The position numbers and the translations under genes are program-made. From the NCBI GenBank assembly GCA_012798695.1, contig JAAZMR010000046.1, forward strand, positions 2,316 to 66,315: a DNA stretch of 64,000 nt, read 5' to 3'. The DNA comes from Bacillota bacterium. GTDB taxonomy: Bacteria > Bacillota > Limnochordia > DTU087. The notes under the pieces were generated by a model, which saw only the letters and a list, made by a program, of their open reading frames with translations, made no database searches and had not been told where the DNA came from. Of this stretch, positions 29,129-38,281 are shown in pieces; the first letter of the stretch is position 1; every line of letters starts with the position of its first letter.

Positions 29129-31069
29129 GTGAAAGCCAAACCTATCTCCCTGACAGCCGTGAACCTCAAGGACAAGTTGTGGAAGAACCGTTTTCGACTA
29201 GTCAAAGATGAAGTAATTCCCTACCAATGGGCAGCCCTCAATGATCGCATTCCCGGGGTACCTCCTAGTCATGCCATAGAGAATTTCCGTATTGCTGCTG
29301 GCGAATCTGAAGGTGAGTTTTTCGGGAGGATATTCCAAGACAGTGATGTGGCCAAATGGTTAGAAGCAGTCAGTTATGTGCTGGCCACAGAACCCAATTC
29401 TAAGCTGGAGCAGATCGCTGATGACGTCATCGACCTCATTGCCAAGGCTCAGCAGGAAGATGGTTATCTAAATACGTATTTCACCGCAGCGGAGCCGGAT
29501 AAACGCTGGGCCAACCTCCGAGATTGGCATGAGCTGTATTGTGCCGGCCACATGATGGAAGCAGCTGTGGCCTACTTTGAAGCTACAGGTAAGCGCAAGC
29601 TTTTGGAGGTCATGTGCCGATTTGCCGATTACATTGCCGACATCTTCGGGCCTGAGCCAGAAAAAATGCAGGGATACCCCGGACATCCAGAGATTGAGTT
29701 AGCCCTTGTGAGGCTTTACCACGCCACCGGCCAAGAACGCTATCTACAGCTCAGCAAATACTTCGTAGATCAAAGGGGGCAACAACCCCACTGGTATGAG
29801 CTGGAAGCGGCCAAACGGGAGGATTCCAGGCAATATCTCCGAGACCTCGGCCCGGCCTATAGTCAGGCACACCTGCCGATAAGACAGCAGGAGACTGCAG
29901 AAGGGCATGCGGTGCGAGCTCTGTATCTCTTTAGCGGTGTAACCGATGTAGCTGTTGAAACTGATGACCATGCACTGCTGGAAGTATGCAGAAAGCTTTG
30001 GGAAAATGTGACTCAGCACCGCATGTACATTACCGGAGCTGTCGGTTCTGATCACTATGGAGAGCGTTTTAGCTTCGATTATGATCTGCCTAATGATCGA
30101 GCCTATACAGAGACTTGTGCCAGTATCGCCTTGGTTTTTTGGGCTCATAGAATGCTCCACACAGAGCTTGATGCCAAATATGCTGATATAATGGAGCGCG
30201 CCCTGTATAATGGCGTCCTCAGCGGTATCTCGCTTGATGGCAAGAGCTTTTTCTATGTCAATCCCCTAGAGGTTTGGCCAGAGGCTTGCGCGGTCAGGGA
30301 CGATCTGAGACATGTCAAGACAGTCAGGCAAGGTTGGTTCTCGTGTGCCTGCTGCCCACCTAATGTTGCCCGACTTGTGGCCTCTATTGGGCAGTATATC
30401 TATTCACAGGCTTCCGATGCAGCCTATGTGCATCTCTATGTCACAAGTGAAGGCGAGCTGGAGCTTGACGGAGCGAAGGTGAAACTTATTCAGGAAACGG
30501 ACTACCCCTGGCAAGAGATAGTGGACCTTACTGTTCAGCCAGACAAGGTCAGTGAGTTCACCTTGGCCCTGCGGATTCCAGGCTGGTGTCAAGGGGCTTT
30601 AGTATCTGTTAATGGAGAGTCAATCGACCTTGCCCCTCTGACCCAAAAAGGCTATGCCTATATACGCAGGAGGTGGCAGCCGGGAGATCGGATTCAGCTC
30701 ACGCTTCCCATGCCTATCCAACGTATACGGGCTACCCCCCAGGTGAGAGAAAACGCCGGCCGTGTGGCCCTACAGCGGGGCCCGATTGTCTACTGCCTGG
30801 AAGAAGTTGATAATGGCCCTAACCTCTCTGACATCATTCTCCCCTGGGAGGCGAAGCTGACTTGTGTATGGAAGCCGGAGCTGCTGAGTGGAGTGATGAC
30901 CGTTCAAGGCAAGGCTTTGCGGGTAGATGGGGCCGAGTGGGAGAACTGCCTCTATCATGCTGCCTCTGCCCCCCTGAAGACCGAGGAGATCGACCTAACA
31001 GCCATCCCATACAGCACGTGGTGCAACCGAGAGCCCGGCGAAATGCTGGTCTGGATTCGAGAGGGATAG
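29129..31069 (+). CDS. GH127 non-reducing-end beta-L-arabinofuranosidase (HypBA1-like)
   Basis: FQDSDVAKWLEA, HELYCAGH, GHPEIELAL, GHAVRA, GERF, YTETCASI, CACCPPN. Confidence 0.92.
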   Translation: MKAKPISLTAVNLKDKLWKNRFRLVKDEVIPYQWAALNDRIPGVPPSHAIENFRIAAGESEGEFFGRIFQDSDVAKWLEAVSYVLATEPNSKLEQIADDVIDLIAKAQQEDGYLNTYFTAAEPDKRWANLRDWHELYCAGHMMEAAVAYFEATGKRKLLEVMCRFADYIADIFGPEPEKMQGYPGHPEIELALVRLYHATGQERYLQLSKYFVDQRGQQPHWYELEAAKREDSRQYLRDLGPAYSQAHLPIRQQETAEGHAVRALYLFSGVTDVAVETDDHALLEVCRKLWENVTQHRMYITGAVGSDHYGERFSFDYDLPNDRAYTETCASIALVFWAHRMLHTELDAKYADIMERALYNGVLSGISLDGKSFFYVNPLEVWPEACAVRDDLRHVKTVRQGWFSCACCPPNVARLVASIGQYIYSQASDAAYVHLYVTSEGELELDGAKVKLIQETDYPWQEIVDLTVQPDKVSEFTLALRIPGWCQGALVSVNGESIDLAPLTQKGYAYIRRRWQPGDRIQLTLPMPIQRIRATPQVRENAGRVALQRGPIVYCLEEVDNGPNLSDIILPWEAKLTCVWKPELLSGVMTVQGKALRVDGAEWENCLYHAASAPLKTEEIDLTAIPYSTWCNREPGEMLVWIREG

Positions 31070-31122
31070 CAGCTGGCTTCTACTTTGGCTCTGCAATACG
31101 GTATGATGACTTACCAAGTGAA

Positions 31123-31157
31123 AAGGCCTGTGGGGGGTTACGACTCCCACAGGTCTT
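31123..31157. terminator. Bidirectional terminator between GH127 and the amidohydrolase
   Basis: AAGGCCTGTGGGGG...CTCCCACAGGTCTT hairpin, preceded by an A-run. Confidence 0.65.
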
Positions 31158-31213
31158 ATCTATTGAACCAATATCCATAATTGGTCAAGTCACGTATGGT
31201 GCCTGATAGTGAG

Positions 31214-32218
31214 CTATCGATCCACGAAATACTGTCTGGCGTTACGATGGTAGAGCTTCTCTAGAATATCAGAGCTTAATCCGACCCCATTCATCTTCCC
31301 ATTCGGCGGGCGAGATGGGCTGGCCATTTCTTCGCCTGTTGTCTCGAAATATGCCCGATACTTATGCCAAGTGGACTGGGCGTGCCTTGCTCTTTCTGCT
31401 GGGATAGGATACTTGAAGGCGAGATCGGTCGCAAATAAGATCCGATCCTGAAATTCAGTAAATATATCGGTTATGTAAGATGGATCATGCTCCCCGATAT
31501 CCGCTAGCCTGGCTGCGATATCTATGACGTAATGTGGGTGTTGTCGCATCAGGTCGGCTGTGTAATCGATTTCCTCTACTGCGCAACCGAAGTGAGCACC
31601 GACAATAGTCCCCTTTCGATGGCGGGCTATGACACGCTCCAATTGCTTGATTATCTGCCACCATCCATATGGGTATCTCTCTCGATCCCCAAACCACCAA
31701 TGGGGATGAGTCTGCAAGGTGTCCCAGCGCGGATTATCGGGAGTCAAAGCCTCAAAGAAAGCTTGAGGGTCTGCTACATGAAAGCATAGAATACACCCTA
31801 GTTCCTGGGCATATTCAAGTAAAGGAGCCAGCCGCTCATCATCGACCGTAACTACCTTTCCTTCATTGTCCACGACCTGCAGCCCTAATGTTTTCCAGAG
31901 CTTGACACCGATGGCCCCGGCCTCCACATGGCGGGCCAGAGTGTTTTTCTCCCGTTCCAGCCATCCCTCTGTCCCAAATCCTTCAAAGTTAATCCCACAG
32001 AAAGGTATAAATCTGCCAGGGAATTTACTAAAGGCCTCCAACTTCTCTCCCAGTGTAAAGGGGCCGGGAAAATCCTTCTCCAGAAGGGGTATAGATAAAG
32101 ATGGAGTCATGTCTACCATTGCTTCGATGTTGTTACTGTCCATAATTCGAACTACCTGCTCAACACTAGCAGGTGATACGTGCATATGGGCATCGATAAT
32201 TGGAATGTTAGCTCGCAT
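31214..32218 (-). CDS. Amidohydrolase family protein (Amidohydro_2-like TIM barrel)
   Basis: IDAHMH, GVKLWK, FHVAD, AHFG, FATD, KLYHRNA. Confidence 0.87.
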   Translation of the reverse strand: MRANIPIIDAHMHVSPASVEQVVRIMDSNNIEAMVDMTPSLSIPLLEKDFPGPFTLGEKLEAFSKFPGRFIPFCGINFEGFGTEGWLEREKNTLARHVEAGAIGVKLWKTLGLQVVDNEGKVVTVDDERLAPLLEYAQELGCILCFHVADPQAFFEALTPDNPRWDTLQTHPHWWFGDRERYPYGWWQIIKQLERVIARHRKGTIVGAHFGCAVEEIDYTADLMRQHPHYVIDIAARLADIGEHDPSYITDIFTEFQDRILFATDLAFKYPIPAERARHAQSTWHKYRAYFETTGEEMASPSRPPNGKMNGVGLSSDILEKLYHRNARQYFVDR

Positions 32219-32224
32219 TGTGAC

Positions 32225-33613
32225 CTATCTCTTTCTATTGGTATTTGTCCAACTGGAAAGCTGGGTCAGCTGCAGCTCCAGCCAATCGCTTTGGCTCTGA
32301 AAACCAGCTAGAGCTGATTCCAGAGCAGTAAACTGGGTCACCAGACTCTCCTCTTTGCGGGCAATTCTGTCTTCCAGTCTTTCAATCTGCCGGTCAATGT
32401 CTCTCATCATGCGACCGATGGACTCTTGCTTCTCAGCTAGAATACCTGTGCCATATTGGACATAATCTTGGATGAAATCCTTGACATGGGTGGCCTTCTT
32501 GTTAAAGAAAGCCGTCACTGCTTCTGGCTTCGCTTGAAGGGCTTCCCGGAGCTTAGTTTCATCAATCTGCAAAATGCCCTCTTTGTTGGTTGTGATTCCC
32601 AATACGGCCAGTTGATTGTATTCTGATTCAATATCTACAGAGGATGTGGTTTGGAATCGAAGGGCTTCCCGCAACCGATAGGCAGTACCATCACCCTGTA
32701 GGGTACCGGTAGATTCAATACTACCGGCTTCGGTCATGGTGACTTTGGTCTTCTCAGCCAGAAAGCTGATCACACTATTATACTGTTCCACGAATGCTCG
32801 GATCTTGCTAACTGCTAAGTCAACATCTTGCGTAACCGTGACCTGAACAGTGCCGGCCTCCTTCAAGTTAAAGGTCACACCCTGGACTACATCTTTGACA
32901 GTATTTGATGTACTGCTCAGCTCAATGCCATTGATCGTGAACTGGGCATCTTGAGCAGTCTGAATTGTGTGCATGCCGGTAAGATTACCATCCTCATCCA
33001 CCCCGGTGCCCAGCTGGAGCTGTTCTACCAAAAACTCCGCCCGGCCATTTAGCTGAATCTGATGGTCAGTTCCAGTATCTGTGCCATCCAGGACCAACCT
33101 GCCGCCAATCACAGCAGCCTTGACATCAGCCTTGGCATCATTGATCGCTTTGACAATGGCTTGCAGATCTGAGCCAGATTCTATGGTAATCTCTGTAGTC
33201 TGTTGACTGTCTCCTTCACCCACGATAATCTCAAAAACTTCATCTCCCGCTGTGTAGACAAGCTCCCCTACTTCCCCCCTGGATGCCACTCTATGGGCCA
33301 AGGCCAGATCGGTGATCTTGATTTCATAAACTCCCTCTGCTGCCTGGTTTCCCGCTGCAGCAGTCACCAGCTGATCATCACCGGAGGCAGCGATCCTGCC
33401 CTGAAAAGTAGATGAAAACCTTAGATCGGTCAATCGGGTATCCAGTGCTGAGAGACGGGTATTTACATCCCGCCAAGCGTCCTGCCTTTGCTTATAGACA
33501 TCTTTCCGCTGCGTCATGCGGGTAAGGGGGATTCGCTCCAAATCAAGCATTTTCTCGATAATCACATTATAATCCATGCCGGAGGATAACCCCATGATCT
33601 GTATCCCTGCCAT
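32225..33613 (-). CDS. fliD: Flagellar filament cap protein FliD
   Basis: GLSSGMD, GRLVL, AQDAQFTINGI...SNT...GVTFNL, FVEQYN, L..QFTALE. Confidence 0.95.
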   Translation of the reverse strand: MAGIQIMGLSSGMDYNVIIEKMLDLERIPLTRMTQRKDVYKQRQDAWRDVNTRLSALDTRLTDLRFSSTFQGRIAASGDDQLVTAAAGNQAAEGVYEIKITDLALAHRVASRGEVGELVYTAGDEVFEIIVGEGDSQQTTEITIESGSDLQAIVKAINDAKADVKAAVIGGRLVLDGTDTGTDHQIQLNGRAEFLVEQLQLGTGVDEDGNLTGMHTIQTAQDAQFTINGIELSSTSNTVKDVVQGVTFNLKEAGTVQVTVTQDVDLAVSKIRAFVEQYNSVISFLAEKTKVTMTEAGSIESTGTLQGDGTAYRLREALRFQTTSSVDIESEYNQLAVLGITTNKEGILQIDETKLREALQAKPEAVTAFFNKKATHVKDFIQDYVQYGTGILAEKQESIGRMMRDIDRQIERLEDRIARKEESLVTQFTALESALAGFQSQSDWLELQLTQLSSWTNTNRKR

Positions 33614-33685
33614 ACGCTATTCACCTCTCTATCAGGACTTTGCCTAACCTGTCTTTCGATACTTGCATACACTTCCCTCTTATAC

Positions 33686-33712
33686 ATATCGGCAATAATG
33701 GCCAATACTTAA
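33686..33712 (-). promoter_or_regulatory. sigma28 (SigD/FliA) promoter of fliD
   Basis: TTAA-N15-GCCGATAT on the minus strand. Confidence 0.85.
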
Positions 33713-33718
33713 GCCCAG

Positions 33719-34753
33719 CTAGTCCTCAATCTGGGGATTAGCGTCCATAATCGCTTCTGCCACCTCCAAGACACGGGGCAGCAGTGCCTTCGTCTGCTCA
33801 CGACGCTGCTTGAGATCAGCAAAGCAGGTGATACCCAGATCCAGAAGCAGCTGTCGGTAACCACGACTGGCCCATTCGTATACCTCTGTTGGTGCATCAT
33901 AGAGAAATACCTTTTGACATCGGGAATAGGTAGCTGCTATCCAGAATATCGCCTCTCGATGATAGCCGCTTTCAATCATCTCCCAGCTCCCATCAATGGC
34001 AATGGGGCGGCCAACTTCGCTAATATCTGAGCTGAAGAAAAAAGGGGTCTTAATCACCGTCTTGGCCTGGTCGAATACGTCAGTCAGTGCCTCAAGATGA
34101 TGGGCAACACGTGCTCGCTCCATTTGGGTACAACCCAAAAGATCAAGTAATGATTCATAGAAAGGCAAATGCCCATAATCTGCCAGAAGCTTGTGGGTCT
34201 CTACATATCGCCGTCGAACTGTGGGGTTGCGCAAACCAGCTACCAGCAAAACGTGTGTTGTGATTCCGGCCGGGAACAGCCAGGCATTCACTTGATCATG
34301 TAAGGGAACAGTCTCATCCAACCGAGCGCTTAGAATCTTATCTCGGGCATGCAGACAACGTCTGTATACCCACTTGCGTTTTGCATAAGCTCTGGAAACA
34401 GCCGCCTGGAGTCTGGCCAGCTCGGCCCCTGGATCTAAGAGGAGATCCGCTGCCTGAAAACTGCCCGCTAGATGGTACTGGCTCAACACCATCTCCGGTG
34501 ATTCCATCTCAGCCTTCGGCAAAAACGATACTTCCAGCAGAACATCCTGGTAAAAAAACTTGCCGAATTTGTTGGGTAGGTCAGACCCCTCCAATACAAG
34601 CATCACATCTACATCCGAATGGGCTGGGAAAAGGGCATCATCAGGCAGCCAATTGATCGAACCATGAAGAAAGGCCCCACAAAACCCCGGTGTCTTGACC
34701 CCCTCTTGGATCACCCACTGTCGAGCAACATCCTTGGCATACCCAGCCAGCAT
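33719..34753 (-). CDS. Uncharacterised protein with a Pol-beta-type nucleotidyltransferase-like N-terminus
   Basis: hGS...SDxD motif (FLHGS...HSDVDVM) and a later EVS strand; AAGGAGG SD before ATG 34753. Confidence 0.65.
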   Translation of the reverse strand: MLAGYAKDVARQWVIQEGVKTPGFCGAFLHGSINWLPDDALFPAHSDVDVMLVLEGSDLPNKFGKFFYQDVLLEVSFLPKAEMESPEMVLSQYHLAGSFQAADLLLDPGAELARLQAAVSRAYAKRKWVYRRCLHARDKILSARLDETVPLHDQVNAWLFPAGITTHVLLVAGLRNPTVRRRYVETHKLLADYGHLPFYESLLDLLGCTQMERARVAHHLEALTDVFDQAKTVIKTPFFFSSDISEVGRPIAIDGSWEMIESGYHREAIFWIAATYSRCQKVFLYDAPTEVYEWASRGYRQLLLDLGITCFADLKQRREQTKALLPRVLEVAEAIMDANPQIED

Positions 34754-34939
34754 CGATAAGCCTCCTTCTACCTTCACCAACCATTACCAGAAACACTCTA
34801 CCCCCAACAGAAGAGGGAAACTGTCTCACTATGGCGAACTGATCTTCAGCAAGTTAAGTAGCATAAGGTGGGGGTAACCTCGTATGCTATGTACTAGAGT
34901 GTGGCATACTCCAAGCAGGCCATAACTGGAGGAATAGAT

Positions 34940-35413
34940 ATGTCGGCAACTGGAGATGCACTCAGCAGAGGCATCGTATATTACCGACAAACGAAGGAAG
35001 TAGTAGCCTATAGCGAAGATCTCCATGTCTGGGTGTATTATGACCAGACTGATGATATCTTGCGCTATGAGGCTTATGTGATAGATTATGATGATGCGGG
35101 AAGCCCCTCTACCCTCGCCTTTGTGATCGATGATGGGATACTATCCTGGGCAAGCCCCTTAGGCCAATACTTAACCAAAAAAAGTGTTCGCTCCCCAGGG
35201 GCAAAACAAAGCCTTTGGGCGATCCCCCGTCATACCAGAAGCACGCTGGCAGCACCTGAGCTCAACCTCTATCTCCAGTTATCCGAGAAGGAGATCCATG
35301 CCATTCATCGCCTCTTCGCTTCCGAAGAATCACGCCTCAAGGCCAAACACCGCTCTACATGGGTAAGGCGTCTGCAGGCTCTGGGGTATGATGTAATCCC
35401 TTCCGCTTTCTGA
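34940..35413 (+). CDS. Hypothetical protein (157 aa)
   Basis: GGAGG SD 8 nt before ATG 34940; globular-like composition; no family recognised. Confidence 0.7.
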   Translation: MSATGDALSRGIVYYRQTKEVVAYSEDLHVWVYYDQTDDILRYEAYVIDYDDAGSPSTLAFVIDDGILSWASPLGQYLTKKSVRSPGAKQSLWAIPRHTRSTLAAPELNLYLQLSEKEIHAIHRLFASEESRLKAKHRSTWVRRLQALGYDVIPSAF

Positions 35414-35494
35414 TAGGCTGTGGATTTTGCGGGACTAGCCAACCCCTAGGATGGCCATGCAACGACGAAATACCTCTACTGTATAGCTGAATCC

Positions 35495-35917
35495 TTACTT
35501 GATCACATCCAGGCCCCCACTGGCACCGGGGTTTGGCTGCTGTGCCGCTTTGGACGCTTCTAACCATACCTCCCGCAGTTCTTGCAGCATACCGACTATC
35601 TCTATGACAAGCTCCTTGTCCTTCTTGATATTTGCCTCAATCAAGCGTCGCCGCATATAGTCATATAACTGGTAAAGCCCTTGGGCGATTTCCCCTCCTG
35701 CCGAAAAATCTAAGGAGATGATCAACTCATCGAGGATATCCTGACCCCTTAGCAGGGCTTGATGAGCCAACTCCCCTTCACCACTATCCAAATGCATTTC
35801 GGCTAGTTTACACCACTTGATAGCACCATCATATAAAAGCAATAATAGATCCGCCGGTGAGGCGGTCTTGATCTGAGTAGTGCGATATGCCTGGTATGCT
35901 CCTGTCGGTAGTGCCAT
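35495..35917 (-). CDS. fliS: Flagellin export chaperone FliS
   Basis: AYQAY...IKTASP.DLLLLLYDGAI, QDILDEL..SLD...GGEIA..LY.LYDYM..RL.EAN. Confidence 0.95.
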   Translation of the reverse strand: MALPTGAYQAYRTTQIKTASPADLLLLLYDGAIKWCKLAEMHLDSGEGELAHQALLRGQDILDELIISLDFSAGGEIAQGLYQLYDYMRRRLIEANIKKDKELVIEIVGMLQELREVWLEASKAAQQPNPGASGGLDVIK

Positions 35918-35954
35918 CGCTACCCCTCCCATATCATCCCTGGTCAAACCAACC

Positions 35955-36200
35955 CTATGAGTTTATAGTATTGGACCCGAGAACGTCATTGAGATAATAA
36001 CCGCCTCCCCGCCCCCGCCGCGCCCTGACCAAGTTCAAACCTTGTAACAAAGCGGTCATCTCCCGAACATAGGAAGCGCTGACGTTCAAAGCATCTCCGA
36101 TTTCCTGTGACTTGACCGGATAAGCATAACTAGAGTCTTTCTGTCTTAGGATACGGAGTATCTCCTCATGGATTGGAGTAAGCTCCGCCATATTAAACAC
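35955..36200 (-). CDS. Small stand-alone winged-helix (Rrf2/HrcA-like) protein
   Basis: PVKSQEIGDALNVSASYVRE...LV...RGRGGGYYL, Rrf2-like HTH and wing. Confidence 0.75.
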   Translation of the reverse strand: MFNMAELTPIHEEILRILRQKDSSYAYPVKSQEIGDALNVSASYVREMTALLQGLNLVRARRGRGGGYYLNDVLGSNTINS

Positions 36201-36227
36201 CTGCCGACACCCACGAGCAGTGACACC

Positions 36228-36614
36228 TCAGACCCGCTCATCAACAAATACCCCGAGAAGGGCATCGATCTTGGCCATAACATCCAAGATATATTCTGGT
36301 GGAATTTGCCTGATAACTTCTCCACTCTTTTTGTTGATCACTTCCACCACGATCTGTTCTGTATCCTCGTGGATTCTAAAATGCAACCCCTTATCAAATA
36401 TGTCAACTGCAGCGTTCAAATGTGCAACCGCGTCCACAATCTCCTCTGGTGAACTGCCGACTAGCTTCCAAGATGTTGTTGTATCTTCGGGATTGCCGGT
36501 GCCCTCAGAAAGACCCCCTTCCCCTTGAATCATATAGGGCCTTCGCCCCCGCACTACCTCTAAAGAATAATCTGCCGGTTTCCTGCTAACAGGACTAATA
36601 CCTTTTACCGACAT
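36228..36614 (-). CDS. flaG: Flagellar protein FlaG (YvyC)
   Basis: LHFRIHEDT..IVVEVI...SGEVIRQIPPE...GVFVDERV. Start refined to ATG 36614, downstream of the sigma28 promoter. Confidence 0.92.
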   Translation of the reverse strand: MSVKGISPVSRKPADYSLEVVRGRRPYMIQGEGGLSEGTGNPEDTTTSWKLVGSSPEEIVDAVAHLNAAVDIFDKGLHFRIHEDTEQIVVEVINKKSGEVIRQIPPEYILDVMAKIDALLGVFVDERV

Positions 36615-36699
36615 CCCGTCACCCCCACTATGTGCCGCGATGCTTCTGGAACGCTTAGGTTCAAACCAAACAACCAACCCAACTTCTTCTCCACCAATA

Positions 36700-36728
36700 G
36701 TATCGGCAGATGGCCAGGAAATCTTTAG
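36700..36728 (-). promoter_or_regulatory. sigma28 promoter of flaG-wHTH-fliS
   Basis: CTAAA-N16-GCCGATAC on the minus strand. Confidence 0.8.
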
Positions 36729-36770
36729 CTCAACCCCCAAGGTGAAGCTGGCGCAACTACCCTTTACAGC

Positions 36771-36799
36771 AAAAAACCGGCAACTTCATGTTCCCGGTG
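36771..36799 (-). terminator. Probable intrinsic terminator after csrA
   Basis: Minus strand ACCGGGAAC-ATGAA-GTTGCCGGT followed by a T-run. Confidence 0.55.
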
Positions 36800-36849
36800 A
36801 CACCAATCCCTTATTCTCTTGGAACAAAACCCCCTGGCATGTTCCCAGA

Positions 36850-37104
36850 TCACTCTTTCTTCTTTGCATCAACGTTTTTCTTAAGCATGTCTGTGAGCTG
36901 ATCCAAATCTACTGCTCGGCTGGACATGGCGGCTCTTAGATTTTCGGCCTGTATTTCCCGATAGATCTCTTCACGATGTATGGTGATCTCCCGAGGAGCC
37001 TCAATCCCGATTTTCACCTGATCTCCGCGGATATCTACTACGATGATCTTGATATCATCGCCGATGATGATACTTTCATCGATCTTGCGGGTTAACACCA
37101 ACAT
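36850..37104 (-). CDS. csrA: Carbon storage regulator CsrA
   Basis: [16 protein letters not shown]...[18 protein letters not shown], with the C-terminal extension of FliW-regulated CsrA. Confidence 0.97.
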   Translation of the reverse strand: MLVLTRKIDESIIIGDDIKIIVVDIRGDQVKIGIEAPREITIHREEIYREIQAENLRAAMSSRAVDLDQLTDMLKKNVDAKKKE

Positions 37105-37184
37105 GAAAGGTGAGTCCCTCCTTGGACTACAAGGCCCTCCTGATGCTCAAGGCTGTCTGGCTCTAACGGCCCCAGGCCAACTCG

Positions 37185-37619
37185 CTATGCACTCTGACCT
37201 ACTGTCCCAAATACAGGATGACGCATATTGTAATCATGGTCAGTCAACACTACCTGCTTAGCTCTTCGGTTAGAGGGGTTGATGAGCAAAGGTGCCTGCA
37301 GGTTGACTGTCATTTCCTGGGGATTCGCAGGGATAGTGACAATGCTCAAGGCAACTGCCTGGCTGGGCTCTTCGATCTCTATCTCCTGCACCTCATACTT
37401 AGGTACCTCGACCTTGTATTCCTGGACAATAAACCTCGGATCGATTACGACAAAAGTCAGGTCCGGTTCTTCTATGGCCTGCAAAAAACCAAAAGGCCCG
37501 GAACCATCCAGCAGAATGTACTGCTTCACTGCTTCAAAACCTAGTATGCCCCGGGGAAAAGTAATAATCTCGCTATCGGCAACCTCCAATTCACCAAATC
37601 GAGTTGTGGTAACCCTCAT
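37185..37619 (-). CDS. fliW: Flagellar assembly factor FliW
   Basis: TTRFGE, ITFPRGILGFE, F..LQ, MTVNLQAPLLIN, QVVL. Confidence 0.95.
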   Translation of the reverse strand: MRVTTTRFGELEVADSEIITFPRGILGFEAVKQYILLDGSGPFGFLQAIEEPDLTFVVIDPRFIVQEYKVEVPKYEVQEIEIEEPSQAVALSIVTIPANPQEMTVNLQAPLLINPSNRRAKQVVLTDHDYNMRHPVFGTVGQSA

Positions 37620-37686
37620 ACTACCTACCTTCTTTCTAAATCACAGCCTCAAGACCAAGTAATGCTTCACTTACCTGTTCCCACAT

Positions 37687-38250
37687 TCACACCCATAGAT
37701 CGACATTGGCCCCCACTACTTCCATCTGCAGCCATGGTTCCTGCAGCCAGTAGATCTGCAAACTACCGGGATGGTACTCCATCTTGGGGGAACTGGGTTC
37801 TAGATCAATCTCCACTTTCCCCAGATGATACTCAAAAGAAAAACCTTCACCCACTGCTTCGATGCGAGGTCGCCGCTGTGGGGCTGCTTGCACATTTAGC
37901 TCCTTATGCTCTGCGAAGTTCTCCCGGGCAAGTTCGATGATGGGATGGCCTCCCAACTCAATGCGGCCCAACCGGTCTCCCTCCCTGACCGCCCGAGCCA
38001 AACCTTGCTGGAACCTCTCCCAGGATCTAGCGCGTGATTGCCATGCTGCTTGATCGGGTTTGCGCATCCCCAGATCGCCAAAGGCCTCCTTGAGGTCAAT
38101 CTTCACTCTCGGAGACTCTCTCTTAATCTCTAGTTTGCCCAGTTCCTGCCGGATCTCCATATCCGCCGGTTGGCAGCTAATCTGCAGCTGGGCAGGAGTC
38201 TTTTCTATACCTATCAGGCCCAGACGATAGTTGATTCGCAGCTGGAGCAT
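37687..38250 (-). CDS. YviE/DUF6470-like conserved flagellar-cluster protein
   Basis: Conserved position between flgL and fliW; IDL...F.DLG, EGDRL..IE.GG, G.NVDL pattern. Confidence 0.75.
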   Translation of the reverse strand: MLQLRINYRLGLIGIEKTPAQLQISCQPADMEIRQELGKLEIKRESPRVKIDLKEAFGDLGMRKPDQAAWQSRARSWERFQQGLARAVREGDRLGRIELGGHPIIELARENFAEHKELNVQAAPQRRPRIEAVGEGFSFEYHLGKVEIDLEPSSPKMEYHPGSLQIYWLQEPWLQMEVVGANVDLWV

Positions 38251-38281
38251 ACCGCTTTCCTTTCTTAAACCAGACTCAATC

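Noticed and set aside
36615..36740. Longer FlaG start in the ORF track
   Set aside because: It spans the sigma28 promoter itself; ATG 36614 has its own SD.
36788..36846. Repeated GGGAACATG (minus strand) after csrA as a CsrA-titrating sRNA
   Set aside because: Only about three GGA sites, one inside the terminator stem; far fewer than in CsrB-like RNAs.
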